DNA of 64,000 nt from assembly GCA_965197905.1 (NCBI GenBank), contig CBDAOB010000005.1, positions 896,001 through 960,000 on the forward strand. Reading direction: 5' to 3'. Source of the stretch: Candidatus Latescibacterota bacterium (lineage in GTDB: Bacteria; Latescibacterota; UBA2968; UBA8231). The notes beneath the pieces were generated by a model. The model was not told the DNA's origin and made no database searches. It saw only the letters and a list, made by a program, of their open reading frames with translations. Every line of letters starts with the position of its first letter. The stretch's first letter is position 1. Positions 55,676-64,000 of this stretch are shown piece after piece. The translations under genes were made by a program, and so were the position numbers.

Positions 55676-57874
55676 ATGCCGAGAAGGGATCGCAGTTCCA
55701 GGAAGCCGCGGCGGCATCCTTCCAGTTCAGTGTCGATAGATGAAGCGTATCTGGATGCGGTGGAGAAGGACGCTGGTGCGACGGCGGAAGCGCCAGCGGA
55801 ATCTCAGTCCGCTGCCCCGGCAGATGGGCCGGTCGAGGGTAGCCAACGACAAACCTTCGGCAGCGCAGGCGCCGCCTGGATCGATCTCGAGATATCCAGC
55901 GACGGAAACCGAGCCACGCTAAAAGCGGTATCCTTCGCCGGTGACAAGGAAATCGGCTTCGACGATCTGAAAGAGGCACTGGCGCAGCAGTACCACATCA
56001 AGTACGGATTAAACGACAAGCTCGTTCAGCAGTTGGCCGCCCGCGCCGCCAAGGCACCTTACGGAGTCATACGGGGGGATTTCCCCATCGCCGAAGGAAA
56101 ACCGCCGAACCCGGGGGAGGATGGTCGCATCGAGTACCCGTGTCTCGACAAGCTTCCCCAAGATGCGTCGTTGTCCCACACTGAGTTACCGGCCGCGATC
56201 GCCGGATCAGACGAGGCGCCGCCAGACAATCTGCTCACCTTGCTCGTCGCACCGGGAACGGAGGTGGCCAAGCTGTTCCCACCAGGGAATGGGGAACCTG
56301 GCTCGGACATTTTTGGCCAGGCGACCATGCTCGAAGGTGTTAAAGCAGAATTGAAACCCGGCGTAAACGTCTCCGAGTCCGAAGGAGTTATCACTTCCGA
56401 GACCCTCGGCTATCTGCGAATATTGAAAGACGAGATTTCCGTCTTGTCGCCGCTGCGAATCTCGGAAGACAAGATGGAGGCGTGCCTCGTTTTCCTCCCA
56501 GAAGCGCAAGCGCCGCCGCCGCTTGAGACCGACTGGCTGATGCAGATGCTGGAGGCCGCGAACGTCAAGGCGGGGATCCTCGACGCGGCTCTCGAAGGGA
56601 TTTGTCACACCCTTCCCGAAACTCCGTCCATCGTACTGGTGGCGAAAGGAACGCCGCCGCGACCCGGGAAAGATACCCACATCGATTTCGTAGTCGACCT
56701 GGAGAAGAGGTCGGGCAAATTCCGGAAAGACGGATCAGTCGACCTGAGGGAGCGCAACTCCGCTATCGGCGTTACCACCGGTCAATCTCTGGGTCAGGTT
56801 GTGCCAGCGACTGCAGGAAGCCCGGGTACGGATGTCACTGGCACGGAAATATCTACCACCGACGGGACCACGAAAGAGTTTGTCGCCGGTGAGAACGTGA
56901 GATTGGAATCCAAAGGCGACGTTTCGGAGTTCCTCGCCGAATGTGACGGCAATCTCTCCTTCGATGGCTCGACGATAACGGTCAGTCAGATTTTTGCGGT
57001 AAAGGGAGACGTGGACTACGAGGTGGGTAACATTCACGCTCCCGAGGAAGTCCAGATCAGCGGTTCCGTTTGTTCGGGTTTCACGGTAGAGGCCGGCGGA
57101 AGTGTAACCATTGGCGGCGCAATCGAAGCAGGGGCCTACGTAAACGCCCAGGGGGACGTACTGGTTGCTCAGAGCATCGTCGGTGAAACCACCAGGGTGA
57201 TTTCGCTCGGAGACGTTGTCACCAAGTTCATCCAAAACAGCTCGGTTGTCGCCAGACGGGACGTCCTTGTAGGCAGTTACATCTTCAACGCTCATGTTCA
57301 GTCCGGACGCAGGATCGTGGTGGAACAGGGGGGTGGAGCGAGGGGAGGCAGCATCATTGGGGGCGATGTTCAAGCAGCCCAGGAGATCGAAGCGCGGCAT
57401 CTGGGGTCCACTTCAACAGATCAGACAGTGGTCGGGATTTGTCTAGATCCCCAAATCTCGGCGAAGATGAGGAGATTCCGCGAAACCATTGATGCCTGTA
57501 ACGGCCACATCCTGCGGATACTCCGCACGCTCGGTTTGCAGAAGGTCGATGCTGGGCAGATCAAGGAACTGATCAGGAAGACCCCGAAGAGTCGGCGGAA
57601 ACCGGTCGTCGAGATGGTCGAAAAACTGAACGAGCTCTTGATGTCACGGCGCGAACCCCTGAGGATGTTCGACGAACTGGAGAAGCAGAACACCCAAGGC
57701 TTCGAGAAATGCCGCGTGAAGGTGACCGAGAAGGTATTCGCCAATGTCGAAGTCGTCATCGGCGAGCAGAGCAATCTCGTTGCAGACGATCTGGGCGCCT
57801 CCGTGTTCTACAGGACCCCCGAGGGAATTCGGTATCGGCCGCTGCTGGAGGAGGACTCAGCGGAGCTGGAATAG
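55676..57874 (+). CDS. FapA / DUF342 family protein
   Basis: IAEGKPPNPGEDG and VAKGTPPRPGKD, DGSVDLRE, VKGDVDYEVGNI beta-helix, GSIIGG, C-terminal coiled coil. Confidence 0.85.
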   Translation: MPRRDRSSRKPRRHPSSSVSIDEAYLDAVEKDAGATAEAPAESQSAAPADGPVEGSQRQTFGSAGAAWIDLEISSDGNRATLKAVSFAGDKEIGFDDLKEALAQQYHIKYGLNDKLVQQLAARAAKAPYGVIRGDFPIAEGKPPNPGEDGRIEYPCLDKLPQDASLSHTELPAAIAGSDEAPPDNLLTLLVAPGTEVAKLFPPGNGEPGSDIFGQATMLEGVKAELKPGVNVSESEGVITSETLGYLRILKDEISVLSPLRISEDKMEACLVFLPEAQAPPPLETDWLMQMLEAANVKAGILDAALEGICHTLPETPSIVLVAKGTPPRPGKDTHIDFVVDLEKRSGKFRKDGSVDLRERNSAIGVTTGQSLGQVVPATAGSPGTDVTGTEISTTDGTTKEFVAGENVRLESKGDVSEFLAECDGNLSFDGSTITVSQIFAVKGDVDYEVGNIHAPEEVQISGSVCSGFTVEAGGSVTIGGAIEAGAYVNAQGDVLVAQSIVGETTRVISLGDVVTKFIQNSSVVARRDVLVGSYIFNAHVQSGRRIVVEQGGGARGGSIIGGDVQAAQEIEARHLGSTSTDQTVVGICLDPQISAKMRRFRETIDACNGHILRILRTLGLQKVDAGQIKELIRKTPKSRRKPVVEMVEKLNELLMSRREPLRMFDELEKQNTQGFEKCRVKVTEKVFANVEVVIGEQSNLVADDLGASVFYRTPEGIRYRPLLEEDSAELE

Positions 57875-57976
57875 CTCCACTTGATGCGATCCGCTCGATT
57901 TGCCACGCATGGAACCAATCGGATTTGGATGGCCCCTAGTTAGTAGATCGATACTCCAACGTCAGGGAGTGATAGT

Positions 57977-59301
57977 ATGCCGAAGGTCGTCTTCATAGGG
58001 GCAGGTAGCTTCGGGTTTACCCGAAACCTGGTCCGCGACCTGCTTACCTATAAGTCTTTGCGAAGCTCCGAGATCGCCCTGGTCGACATCAATAGGCGAC
58101 GGCTCGATTTCGCTCGTCGCGCGTGCCAAAAGCTGATCGATCAGGGGGGTACGGCGCCACCGTTACAGCGACCACCGAACGTCGCGAGGTTTTGCCAAGA
58201 GCTGACGCCGTGTGTGTGACCATCCGGCGCGGGGCCACAAGTGTCTGGCAACACGACATCCTGATTCCGAAGAAGTACGGCATCGACACCAACGTGGGCG
58301 ATACCCGCGGACCCAGCGGAATCTTCCGTGCCCTGCGCACCATACCGGAGATGTTGGCCATAGCGCACGACATGGAGAAGCTTTGCCCGCGGGCCATCAT
58401 GCTCAATTATACCAATCCGATGGCAATGCTCTGCCACGCCATGCAGCGAGAGACCGATGTCCAGCTGACCGGCCTCTGCCACTCGATGCAGGGAACAGCG
58501 ACGATGATCGAAGGCTGGCTCGGTCTCAAGCCCGGGCAGATGGACTACCAATGCGCCGGCATCAACCACATGGCCTGGTACCTTAAGCTGGAACACCGTG
58601 GCCGCGACCTCTACCCGAAGCTGAAGAGGGTCGTATCAACGAACAAGGAGGTGTACAACCACGAACAGGTCCGCAACGAGATGTTTTTGGCCCTGGGAAG
58701 TTACGTCACCGAGTCCAGCGGCCACAATTCCGAGTACAACTGGTGGTTCCGCAAGCGACCGGATCTGATCCGCCAGTACTGCACCCAAGGGACCGGATGG
58801 AATCCCGGCCGCTACGCTTACATCCTGAACGAATACCGCAAACGAGAGAAGACCTGGCAGGGCTCAGTGAAGGATTGGTTGGCGCAGAGCGAGGTGTCGC
58901 TGGAACGTGGCCATGAATACGCCGCATCGATCGTAAACGCTTTCCTCGGTGGCGAGATCTTCGAATTCAATGGCAACGTGGTCAACGATGGCCTCGTCGA
59001 CAACCTTCCCGAGGGAGCCTGCGTCGAGGTGCCTGTGGTCGCCAGCCGCAAGGGGTTCGAGCCGATTCGCGTTGGCCGTCTACCACCTGCGTGCGCCATG
59101 CTGACGGGCCTGAGTGCCCAGATAGAGATGATGGCAGTGGAAGGGTATTTGCAGGGCGATGCAGACCTCGTGTACCAGGCGATCGCTCACGATCCGTTGA
59201 CGGCAGCGAAGCTCTCGCTGGCAGAAATCCGCAAGATGGTGAAGGAGATGTTCCGCAAGAATCGGAAGTGGCTGCCCCAATTCAAAAACGTGGATTTGTA
59301 G
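57977..59301 (+). CDS. melA: GH4 NAD-dependent alpha-galactosidase/glucosidase, split by a -1 frameshift in a G6 run at 58144-58149 (probable sequencing error)
   Basis: [54 protein letters not shown]. Adding one G gives a 441-aa frame. Confidence 0.85.
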
Positions 59302-59329
59302 CGCCACCTCCAATCGCGAAACGAAAATT

Positions 59330-60358
59330 TTGAGGTACGATTCGGTCCGACACTTCACGGCTTCCTATGGTGCATTTGAGCCGGAATTCGAATTCAGCGC
59401 GCGGACGCGCCCCGAGTTGGAGGAATGGCAGCAGGCCTTCAGGCCGCGGCAGGTTCTGGGCCTGGACAATCTTGCTGCAGACCTCGAGGACCACCAGCCA
59501 ACCGCACAGCGACAGTCGACGGAGGATGTGGGAGATCATATCCGGGACGTTTGGCACATACAGGTCGAACCCACGGTTCCACTGCCGTTCTACCTGCTGC
59601 GTCCCAAAACGATCTCGAATCCGGTGCCGCTTGTTCTAACCCCCCACGGACACAACCACCCCCATCTCTACGCCGGGATTGCGAAGGACGACAAGGAGGC
59701 GGCCGAGATCGAGGAAGGAGAGCGCGATATTGCCGTGCAGGCGGTGCGGGAGGGGTACATCGCGATTGCGCCCACGACGCGCGCCTTCGGGAAAACGCGC
59801 ACCGAAAAGGACAAAGCGGAGAATAGCGGGAACTCCTGTCGTAGCCAGCTCATGCACGGATTGCTGGCCGGCCGCACGCCGATCGGCGAGCGGGTATACG
59901 ATATGGGATGCCTGATCGACTGGGCGGTGGCAAATCTGCCAGTGGACGCGCGGCGCATCGCCATGACCGGCAATTCCGGCGGCGGCACCGTAACCCTGTT
60001 TACCTCCGCCTGTGATACTCGCATCGCCGTGGCGATGCCAGGGTGTTATTTCTGCACGTTCCAAGGCAGCATCGGTCTCATCGCACACTGTGACTGCAAT
60101 TACGTGCCCGGAATTTTACGGTTGGGAGAGATGTATGATGTTGCGGGACTGATCGCGCCGCGGCCATTTTCCGCCATTGCCGGCAAGGAGGATGGGATAT
60201 TTCCGCTCGAGCAGGTGGAATTTGCTTACGAACGGTTGCAGAGGGTCTACACCGTGGCCGGTGCGGCTGATCGCTGCCAGCTATATGTGGGCGAGGGTGG
60301 ACATCGATACTACAAGGATGGCGCCTGGCCCTTTCTGAGAGGGTATTTCTGCCAATAG
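59330..60358 (+). CDS. Alpha/beta hydrolase (acetyl xylan esterase / dienelactone hydrolase-like)
   Basis: PHGH, nucleophile elbow GNSGGG, HCDCNYVPG, LIAPRP, GGH. Confidence 0.85.
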   Translation: MRYDSVRHFTASYGAFEPEFEFSARTRPELEEWQQAFRPRQVLGLDNLAADLEDHQPTAQRQSTEDVGDHIRDVWHIQVEPTVPLPFYLLRPKTISNPVPLVLTPHGHNHPHLYAGIAKDDKEAAEIEEGERDIAVQAVREGYIAIAPTTRAFGKTRTEKDKAENSGNSCRSQLMHGLLAGRTPIGERVYDMGCLIDWAVANLPVDARRIAMTGNSGGGTVTLFTSACDTRIAVAMPGCYFCTFQGSIGLIAHCDCNYVPGILRLGEMYDVAGLIAPRPFSAIAGKEDGIFPLEQVEFAYERLQRVYTVAGAADRCQLYVGEGGHRYYKDGAWPFLRGYFCQ

Positions 60359-60361
60359 GAT

Positions 60362-61099
60362 ATGGCTATCAAAACCTCCGACATCCAACGCCCGCCGCGA
60401 GAGTTGATCGACGCCTTTGCCGCCGTCGGCAGTGCGACCGCCAGCGGCGAGCTCCATAAACTGGGCATCCGCGACCCTCAGCTTCACGGCCTTTCGTCGC
60501 GCATCCCGGGAAAGACGGTCGTTGGTCCCGCCCTGACTCTCCAGTTCCTGCCCAAGCGCGAAGATCTCTACAACGTCGACGAGTACGCCGATCCGGAGCA
60601 GCAGATGCACCGCCACGCGCTCTATCACACCCAGCCGGGAGACGTCGTGGTGGTCGACGCGCGGTCCGACTTGAGCAGTGGTGTCTTCGGCGACATGATG
60701 CTCACCTACTTCAAGGGCCGCGGTGGGATCGGCGTATTCGTGGACGGCTGTATCAGGGATTTCCCCAAGGTTCAGGAGCTTGGTCTCGGGCTTTGGCTGC
60801 GCGGTGTTACCCCGAATTATCATACCCAGACCAACATTTTTCCCAACGCCGTCAACGTTCCGATCGCCTGTGGCGGTACGGTGGTAGTGCCAGGCGATAT
60901 CATCATCGCCGACGACGACGGGGCCGTGGTTGTGCCCATCGACCTCGCGCCAGAGTTGGCGCGCGTCGCCAACGAGCACGCCGAATGGGAGGATTTCAGC
61001 CGTATGAAACTGGCGGAGGGAGGCGATCTGCGCCGCTACTATCCGTTGTCGGAAGAGGCACGGAAAGAGTACGAGGAGTGGAAGAAGGGACAGGCGTAG
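60362..61099 (+). CDS. RraA / HMG-CHA aldolase family protein
   Basis: VGPALT, PGDVVVVD, FGDMM, DGCIRD, PGDIIIADDDGAVVVP. Confidence 0.9.
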   Translation: MAIKTSDIQRPPRELIDAFAAVGSATASGELHKLGIRDPQLHGLSSRIPGKTVVGPALTLQFLPKREDLYNVDEYADPEQQMHRHALYHTQPGDVVVVDARSDLSSGVFGDMMLTYFKGRGGIGVFVDGCIRDFPKVQELGLGLWLRGVTPNYHTQTNIFPNAVNVPIACGGTVVVPGDIIIADDDGAVVVPIDLAPELARVANEHAEWEDFSRMKLAEGGDLRRYYPLSEEARKEYEEWKKGQA

Positions 61100-61876
61100 A
61101 TGCTGGACTTCGATCGTTCCTTCGTCTTCTTCGAATCGGATTTCGAAGCGCATCCTCCCAAGATGGTCTCCGATTTGCGGCAGAATGTGCACAACCGTGC
61201 CCGGATATGCATCGACTGCCACCTGCGCCTCACGGACCAGAGCGGCACCACGACCGATTATTACCTGTCGGAGGCGTGCAAGACGGAAAGGGTGGGGGCC
61301 GACATGGCACTGGGTATTTTTACGCAGCCCAATGCCGATTTCCGCATCATCATGTCAGATGCGGACTCGATCATCATCAAGAGCTGGGACAAAAACGAGC
61401 GGGGCGTCATGCTCGATCCGCCGTCGCTGGGGCCACAGCCAGAGCGGCAGGTCATCCCGACTTCCTCGTTCTGGAAGTACCACTTTCTGTTGAATCGAAG
61501 GAACGTCGACGAGCTCGCAACCCCGGATGCGGTTGTTCAGGCGGTAGACGAGGGATTGCCTGTGGTCGCGCGAACCGAGTACACCTCCAACGGGTATGGA
61601 ATTGTCATCGATTACCCGGTGACAACCATCAACGTCAGCGAGCGGCACAACTTCTACCAGACCGATACAGGCCCGGTCGTTTATGCCGACTTCGCAGCGC
61701 CCGTGGAGTGCTCCGCCGAAGCATTCTGGCTCGCTTTTGCGGCGTTCAACACGACGGACTGGGTCGAGTTCGTCGTCAACCGGCCAACCCCAATCGTTGC
61801 CGGGATCTCGGTGAACCATTACTCCGAGACCGTTCAGATAACAGGCTGCAGAAACACACTCTTCGCCGCAGCGTGA
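61100..61876 (+). CDS. Hypothetical protein
   Basis: 258-aa ORF abutting the upstream stop codon (TAG-ATG), with host-like codon usage and no motif I recognise. Confidence 0.7.
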   Translation: MLDFDRSFVFFESDFEAHPPKMVSDLRQNVHNRARICIDCHLRLTDQSGTTTDYYLSEACKTERVGADMALGIFTQPNADFRIIMSDADSIIIKSWDKNERGVMLDPPSLGPQPERQVIPTSSFWKYHFLLNRRNVDELATPDAVVQAVDEGLPVVARTEYTSNGYGIVIDYPVTTINVSERHNFYQTDTGPVVYADFAAPVECSAEAFWLAFAAFNTTDWVEFVVNRPTPIVAGISVNHYSETVQITGCRNTLFAAA

Positions 61877-62032
61877 CGCGCGCCTAAATCACCGACTCCA
61901 GCAGACGTTCCTCATCGATTTCAATATTGATTTCTGCTTGACCTCCGCCTCACAAATGACCTATATCACCTCTCCATGGTCGCACGCCTCACGGCGTCTA
62001 TTCTCAGACAACCTCCCTGAAAGGAACTATCG

Positions 62033-62314
62033 ATGCCCACAGCCGCAGCTCGCCACATCCTGGTCAAAACTGAAGAGGAATGCAGTCAGCTCAAGGAAGA
62101 GATTGAAGGGGGTGCCGATTTCGCTGCGCTCGCTGCCGAACACTCCCAGTGCCCTTCCGGTAAGGAAGGCGGTGATCTCGGTGAGTTCGGACCTGGACAG
62201 ATGGTGCCGGAGTTCGACAAAGTCGTTTTCAGCGCCGCGGTGGGCACCGTTCAAGGGCCGGTGCAGACGCAGTTCGGTTACCATTTGCTGAAAGTGACCT
62301 CGCGAACCGAGTAG
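62033..62314 (+). CDS. ppiC: Parvulin-type peptidyl-prolyl cis-trans isomerase
   Basis: [47 protein letters not shown]. Confidence 0.95.
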   Translation: MPTAAARHILVKTEEECSQLKEEIEGGADFAALAAEHSQCPSGKEGGDLGEFGPGQMVPEFDKVVFSAAVGTVQGPVQTQFGYHLLKVTSRTE

Positions 62315-62337
62315 CGCGGCTACGGAGGATACCTGAA

Positions 62338-63855
62338 ATGGAAAATACCTACCTCTTTGTTGACTGGGTTCACGTGGATAAAGGTCGGATGGAGGTGACT
62401 CTGGACGCCGACCGATTGTCGGAGGACGGCAAAGCGTTCATAGAGCAGTACGAGCGCGAGTGGGGCATCTGTCGCGACTTATCCGGACACGGGATGAAAC
62501 GGCTAAGGATTCCGTTCGGCGTCCGGATAACCGTGGAGAAAGGGGAAAAATCGGCGCCCTGGCTCGAGCCCGACCAACCCTGGGAGGATGACCTCCACTG
62601 GGTCACTGTGATTCCGGAGGACGGAAAGTTTCGATGTTGGTACACGGCTCCGCTGCCCAAGGAACATGTGGAAGCGACACAAGTGATGGACGGCGAACGG
62701 GGGATGGACCTGGGCGGCACCGCTCTGTGTTATTGTGAGAGCAGGGACGGCACTCTTTGGGAGAAACCCTCCCTCGGCCTTTTCACCTTTGGAGGATCGA
62801 AGGAAAACAACATCGTCTCTTTCTATGGTGATTCATCCAACGTCTTCCGCGACGACGCGTGTCCACCTGAAGAGCGCTACAAGATGTTCGATTGGGATCG
62901 CCTGCACGACGTTCCAGACGATGCCGAACCCCATCTGAAGTATGGCTTGTATGGTTGCGTCTCTCCCGACGGGTACAACTGGAAGCGCCTGCCGGATCCG
63001 CTGCTGCGCTATTTCCACGACACCCACAACATCGGCTGTTGGGATCCCACGCTGAAGAAGTATGTCGCCTTTGTTCGACGCCATCTGAACGGCCGCGCCA
63101 TCGGCCGCGCCGAGACCGATGATTTTCGACAGTGGCCGGATTCCGAAGTGGTCATATGTCCCACGCCGATGGATTCCTCCGCGGATGACTATTACACCAA
63201 TGGTTTTACCTGGTACCCGGACGATCCTTCCGTCAAATTCCTCTTCTCTACGATCTATCACCACGACAGCGATCTGGTGGACACGAGGTTGGCTACCAGT
63301 CCGGACGGCCGCCTGTTCAACTGGGTCTCGCATGAGCCGATCGTCGACAGTGGCAAACCCGGGGACTGGGACGACGGCGGTATGTACTTGTGCCCCAATC
63401 TTGTGCGTTTGCCGAACGGCTCTCTGGGGATGCCCTACCGAGGAATGGGGAAGAGCCACAACGAGAGTTTCAACCGGTTCTACGACGACGTAGAGCCCGG
63501 AACTAAGTTCGCATGGGCGAAGTGGCAGGAGGGAAGACTGGCCGGCATCGAGTCCTCGGACCAGGGGGAGTTCTTCACCCAACGGGTCACACACGACGGC
63601 AGCCAGATCGAGATCAACGCGCGCACGACACGCGCGGGAAGCATAGAGGTGGAGGTCTGGGAAGCGGTAGACCGCTACGTCAGCAAACCAGTCGACGGGT
63701 TCACCTTCGACGAAAACATTCCGTTTCGCGGCGATGAGATCTGGGCCCGGTGTCGGTGGAAAGGCAAGGAGAATCTCGAAGAATTACGTGGAAAAGAGAT
63801 TCAACTCCGGTTTCGTCTGTGCAGTGCCAAGATCTTCGGCTACCGTTTCGTCTGA
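62338..63855 (+). CDS. GH32/GH43-like beta-propeller plus beta-sandwich protein (paralog 3, more divergent)
   Basis: SRDGTLWEKP, SPDGYNW, DTHN..WDP, GDWDDG, LRFRL...IFGYRF. Confidence 0.62.
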   Translation: MENTYLFVDWVHVDKGRMEVTLDADRLSEDGKAFIEQYEREWGICRDLSGHGMKRLRIPFGVRITVEKGEKSAPWLEPDQPWEDDLHWVTVIPEDGKFRCWYTAPLPKEHVEATQVMDGERGMDLGGTALCYCESRDGTLWEKPSLGLFTFGGSKENNIVSFYGDSSNVFRDDACPPEERYKMFDWDRLHDVPDDAEPHLKYGLYGCVSPDGYNWKRLPDPLLRYFHDTHNIGCWDPTLKKYVAFVRRHLNGRAIGRAETDDFRQWPDSEVVICPTPMDSSADDYYTNGFTWYPDDPSVKFLFSTIYHHDSDLVDTRLATSPDGRLFNWVSHEPIVDSGKPGDWDDGGMYLCPNLVRLPNGSLGMPYRGMGKSHNESFNRFYDDVEPGTKFAWAKWQEGRLAGIESSDQGEFFTQRVTHDGSQIEINARTTRAGSIEVEVWEAVDRYVSKPVDGFTFDENIPFRGDEIWARCRWKGKENLEELRGKEIQLRFRLCSAKIFGYRFV

Positions 63856-63865
63856 GGATAATCAG

Positions 63866-64000
63866 ATGGATTTTGCGGCATACAAACCCGGTTTTGACCG
63901 CGATGGTTTCGTCGTGGTTCCGAAGTTCGTGACCGGCGATGACATGGCGGAGTTGACCGGCTATCTCGACCGCTACATTCGCGAGGTCGTGCCGACCCTG
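63866..64000 (+). CDS. PhyH family dioxygenase, N-terminal fragment (runs off the window)
   Basis: MDFAAYKPGFDRDGFVVVPKF matches the typical F.rdGfvv start of PhyH proteins; GAGGA RBS. Confidence 0.6.
   Translation, partial: MDFAAYKPGFDRDGFVVVPKFVTGDDMAELTGYLDRYIREVVPTL

Noticed and set aside
58144..58149. G-tract as a phase-variation or programmed frameshift site
   Set aside because: The run is short, the gene is a cytoplasmic catabolic enzyme, and similar indels elsewhere point to sequencing error.

Overview
High-GC bacterial chromosomal window of about 41 densely packed genes, mostly catabolic or accessory: five PLP enzymes, PhyH dioxygenases, three GH32/43-like beta-propeller paralogs, a peptide ABC importer with a penicillin acylase, a TonB receptor, an RND permease, and TPR/NHL proteins. 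The gene content suggests an uncultured diderm heterotroph such as Latescibacterota or Poribacteria (inference only). I saw no rRNA, tRNA, CRISPR, integrase or phage genes. The standout is a minus-strand two-gene unit at 7587-11203. An ECF sigma factor is translationally coupled (ATGA overlap) to a single 1007-aa polypeptide that is a miniaturised, in-frame fusion of RNA polymerase beta and beta' core segments. It keeps NADFDGD, the beta catalytic Lys/Asp/Arg/His motifs and the sigma-binding clamp helices. It appears to lack the flap, lid, rudder, switch 2/3, Zn-binding domains and trigger loop. It occupies the position normally held by an anti-sigma factor, and an ECF-type promoter lies upstream. 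Three genes (TrmB regulator, TonB receptor, GH4 glycosidase) are frameshifted in ways typical of long-read assembly error. All family calls and E. coli residue numbers come from motif recognition by eye and memory, not from database searches.
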